Positions 44,916 through 47,413 of a stretch of DNA of 47,413 nt are shown piece by piece. Every line of letters begins with the position of its first letter. The first letter of the stretch is position 1. A program made the position numbers and the translations under genes. The notes under the pieces are model-generated. The model saw only the letters and a program-made list of their open reading frames with translations. It searched no databases and had not been told where the DNA came from. Origin of the DNA: Candidatus Hodarchaeota archaeon (lineage in GTDB: Archaea > Asgardarchaeota > Heimdallarchaeia > Hodarchaeales > Hodarchaeaceae). Location: NCBI GenBank assembly GCA_029856365.1, contig JAHQWW010000019.1, positions 1-47,413 on the forward strand, written 5' to 3'.

Positions 44916-46781
44916 TCAAGGTTTATTTTCTTTATCAGTCTGTGTACCCAACAGTTTCGTGAGTTCAGTAAGGTATACAATAGCTTCTCGAATGGAGCTT
45001 CTTTTTAATTCATAATTGTTAGTTGTAGCAGTGACTTTTTGTAATTGATCATGGGTTTGTAATATATGAAGTGTTTCTTGCTGTTTCTGTACTTTTTCTC
45101 TTAGTAGAGTATAATTGTGGTCTTGTGCATGTTTCTGAACTTGTTTAAATTTACGGGCTGCATTTACATAGTTACGTGTATGCATTTCAATGAGACCTAA
45201 TATTAATTCGACTTCACCTTGAATAAGAGCAGAGGATTTAGCAGCAGATCTGAGGTCTGTTAAGAATAACCTAGCTTTTTCTAAATATTCATAATTATCA
45301 GTTGAAACCAAGAATAGTTCAAGATTCGCCTTAGTTATCCCTAAAAGGGTTTGAGCTTCAACTTCAAAGGAATCCGAGTATTCTAAGGCTAACGAGAACT
45401 CTTTTAATGCTTGGTCTAACTGTTTATGGTTAAGTGCAATATTACCTAATGTATTGTAATACCTCCCAATATCTAGTCGCTTTTGTTGTGTCCAAATCTG
45501 GTTCCTTGCCCTAATGATTAACTCATTAATTTTATTAGAATAATTTTTTTCCATCTGCGATAATAATTCTGCATAAGCTAACAAGATTATTGCAGGTACA
45601 GTTTGATTTTTCTCTTCAAATGTTGAAATACTAGATTTATACCATTTCTCTGCTTGATTAAAGTTTCCCTGGTTTGTTTCAAGCCATCCAAGCGCCCCAT
45701 AAGTAAAGCCTAGCCCATAATAGTCATTATTTTCCTTACTCAGTGCCATACTTGACTTATAGTGTTCAGTTGCTTTGTAATTTTTGCCAATGAGTGTATA
45801 AATCATACCTAGGGTATTATGTGTATAAGCCTCTTGCCAAAAATCCTGAATAACTTCTTGATTCATTGAAAGAGATTCAGTTAGATGCTGAACAGCGAGA
45901 TTATACTCCCCTGTAAATCGCAAATTGCTTCCTAAGGTATTTAAAATGCGAATTCTCTGACGTGAGGCTCTTGGTATTTGTCGTAAGCATTCTAATAAAA
46001 TAATTTTAGCTCGTTGGTATTCTCCAAACAATTGAAGCATCCAAACAAAGTTAAATTTTAATGAGAGAAGATTACTTGAACTTAAGGCTGCACAATTTCT
46101 CAAACTTCTTTGCATGTATATTAAAAATTCTTTTCGGTTCAACTGATTTCTAGCTAATCGTGCACGAGTATATTCTAAGAAACCTTGACCTATTTTATTA
46201 GTCGGTTGAACTTCTAAATCTAGAGCCTTGTTCACCAGTTCTAACCATGGATTCTGTCTAGCATACAATGTTATATCCCAAACAAAGTCTAGGTTAGAGT
46301 TCCAATACTCCTGAAGTTTGGGACTTTGTAAAATATCATTTAATCCTTCTATCAAGGTTATTGAGAAATTGTATTCATCTTTTAACTTGATATAACAACT
46401 AAGTAACATTTTACGATAATAGTTCTGTCGTCCTAAATCATTTGAAAGAAAAGATAATGATTTCTGAAATAATTGAACTGCTATTGAATAATTTTTCAGT
46501 TTATATTGAATTGAAGCCATCCTCCCGTGAAGGCTACTCATCTGGACATAAGTTAATTCAATTTCTTTTGATAACTGGAATGCTTCATCAATATCCTTCT
46601 TTGCTGATTGATAATCTCTTTTATATCGATTTATTTCACCTGAGAGTAAGTTAAACCAGTATTTTTTTTCATTAGAGAACCTTTCTGCTGAACTTGCTAG
46701 TTTTGTATGAATCTTTTCAGCTTCCTCGATTTTATTTTCTCTAAGAAGCATTCGGACTTCGTTGTAGTAATTCTCAATCAC
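44916..46781 (-). CDS. Large tetratricopeptide repeat protein
   Basis: Many TPRs, including ILNTLGSNLRFTGEYNLA, THNTLGMIY, TYGALGWLE and YYNTLGNIA. Confidence 0.88.
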   Translation of the reverse strand: MIENYYNEVRMLLRENKIEEAEKIHTKLASSAERFSNEKKYWFNLLSGEINRYKRDYQSAKKDIDEAFQLSKEIELTYVQMSSLHGRMASIQYKLKNYSIAVQLFQKSLSFLSNDLGRQNYYRKMLLSCYIKLKDEYNFSITLIEGLNDILQSPKLQEYWNSNLDFVWDITLYARQNPWLELVNKALDLEVQPTNKIGQGFLEYTRARLARNQLNRKEFLIYMQRSLRNCAALSSSNLLSLKFNFVWMLQLFGEYQRAKIILLECLRQIPRASRQRIRILNTLGSNLRFTGEYNLAVQHLTESLSMNQEVIQDFWQEAYTHNTLGMIYTLIGKNYKATEHYKSSMALSKENNDYYGLGFTYGALGWLETNQGNFNQAEKWYKSSISTFEEKNQTVPAIILLAYAELLSQMEKNYSNKINELIIRARNQIWTQQKRLDIGRYYNTLGNIALNHKQLDQALKEFSLALEYSDSFEVEAQTLLGITKANLELFLVSTDNYEYLEKARLFLTDLRSAAKSSALIQGEVELILGLIEMHTRNYVNAARKFKQVQKHAQDHNYTLLREKVQKQQETLHILQTHDQLQKVTATTNNYELKRSSIREAIVYLTELTKLLGTQTDKENKP

Positions 46782-47413
46782 TTATCTTAGCACTCCAGAA
46801 GAAAAGGAAAAAGGACTTAGTAACAAATACACACATTATTAGCTATATTTCGACTTAAATAGTCTATTCTAGGAGTTCAAAGAAATTTTTTCTTTTTTTA
46901 CTGAATACTCATTCTTAAACGTCATTTTTGTAAGATTCTTGACACACAATTGGTGAGAATCTATTTACTCTCTTATAGAGATGTGATTTAATTTTTATCT
47001 AGGGATTTTAACGCTTGATTTCGAAAATTTTAGAAGTCATTTGCATCTGAAGATGATTGACTCATCATTAGCAGTCAAGTTTAAGTAAATAAGATATACT
47101 TCGTTTTTTTCTCGAATTGAAAGTTGCACTTGGCTATAAATTTACGGAAAAATGATGGTAAGATGTATCGTTAGTTATTGAAATGAATACACATATATTG
47201 GAACGTGTAATGTTATTTAACTGAAGTAAAAGGAAAATAAATAGATACAGGCCATATATAACTATAATAAGGTGTAAGCTAGCTAATTGCAAAATTCTTT
47301 TGATTTTTTCTCAAATGAGGTGAATAAATCAGAGATGGGAGAGAAAATTCAATGTGAAAAGGACAACAAAGAAGTCGCTAAATAAAAGCTTGTCAGCTTT
47401 AATTATAGAAATA

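Noticed and set aside
769-46654. Numerous short ORFs (60-125 aa) in the track that overlap larger genes, e.g. 769-954, 4102-4401, 6402-6938, 15219-15461, 30057-31196, 35533-36243, 46442-46654
   Set aside because: Antisense or alternate-frame shadows of well-supported genes, with no motifs.
46782-47413. Long AT-rich terminal region as a replication origin, ncRNA, or start of a gene (GTG at 47354, VKRTTKKSLNKSLSALIIEI)
   Set aside because: No ORB-like repeats or structured RNA recognised; only 20 codons are visible before the window edge.
1-47413. CRISPR arrays, tRNA/rRNA genes, transposases, integrases
   Set aside because: No repeat-spacer periodicity, GC-rich structured RNA segments or mobile-element motifs were seen by eye; tRNAscan-SE/Infernal would be needed to exclude small RNAs.

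Overview
AT-rich archaeal chromosomal window, very probably from an Asgard archaeon (Heimdallarchaeia/Hodarchaeales-like; inferred, not proven). The evidence is an archaeal-type DtdA, pantoate kinase and phosphopantothenate synthetase, a helicase-less XPF, a Rab-like small GTPase, and longin and roadblock domains. It holds about 40 genes. These include a PadR/HAAS membrane-sensor pair, DNA repair and modification genes (dinB, degraded sfsA, orphan N4-C methyltransferase, nfo, XPF), a five-gene archaeal CoA biosynthesis operon (coaBC-panE-PoK-PPS-panB), several peptidases, transporters, TPR proteins and stand-alone receiver domains. The most notable region is 31.9-43.5 kb. A Rab-like GTPase is closely coupled to a longin+roadblock protein, and about 4 kb away two tandem paralogous MFS transporters are each fused to a C-terminal longin domain. 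Together these form a candidate prokaryotic 'transceptor -> longin GEF/GAP -> small GTPase' module, conceptually like SLC38A9-Ragulator-Rag or heterodimeric longin regulators. Other unusual architectures are an isopentenyl-phosphate-kinase/metallo-beta-lactamase fusion, a HEAT + tandem winged-helix (UFL1/PCI-like) protein, and a methyltransferase ending in a PIP-box-like motif. No rRNA, tRNA, CRISPR array or transposase was recognised. All calls come from reading motifs by eye; no database searches were run.
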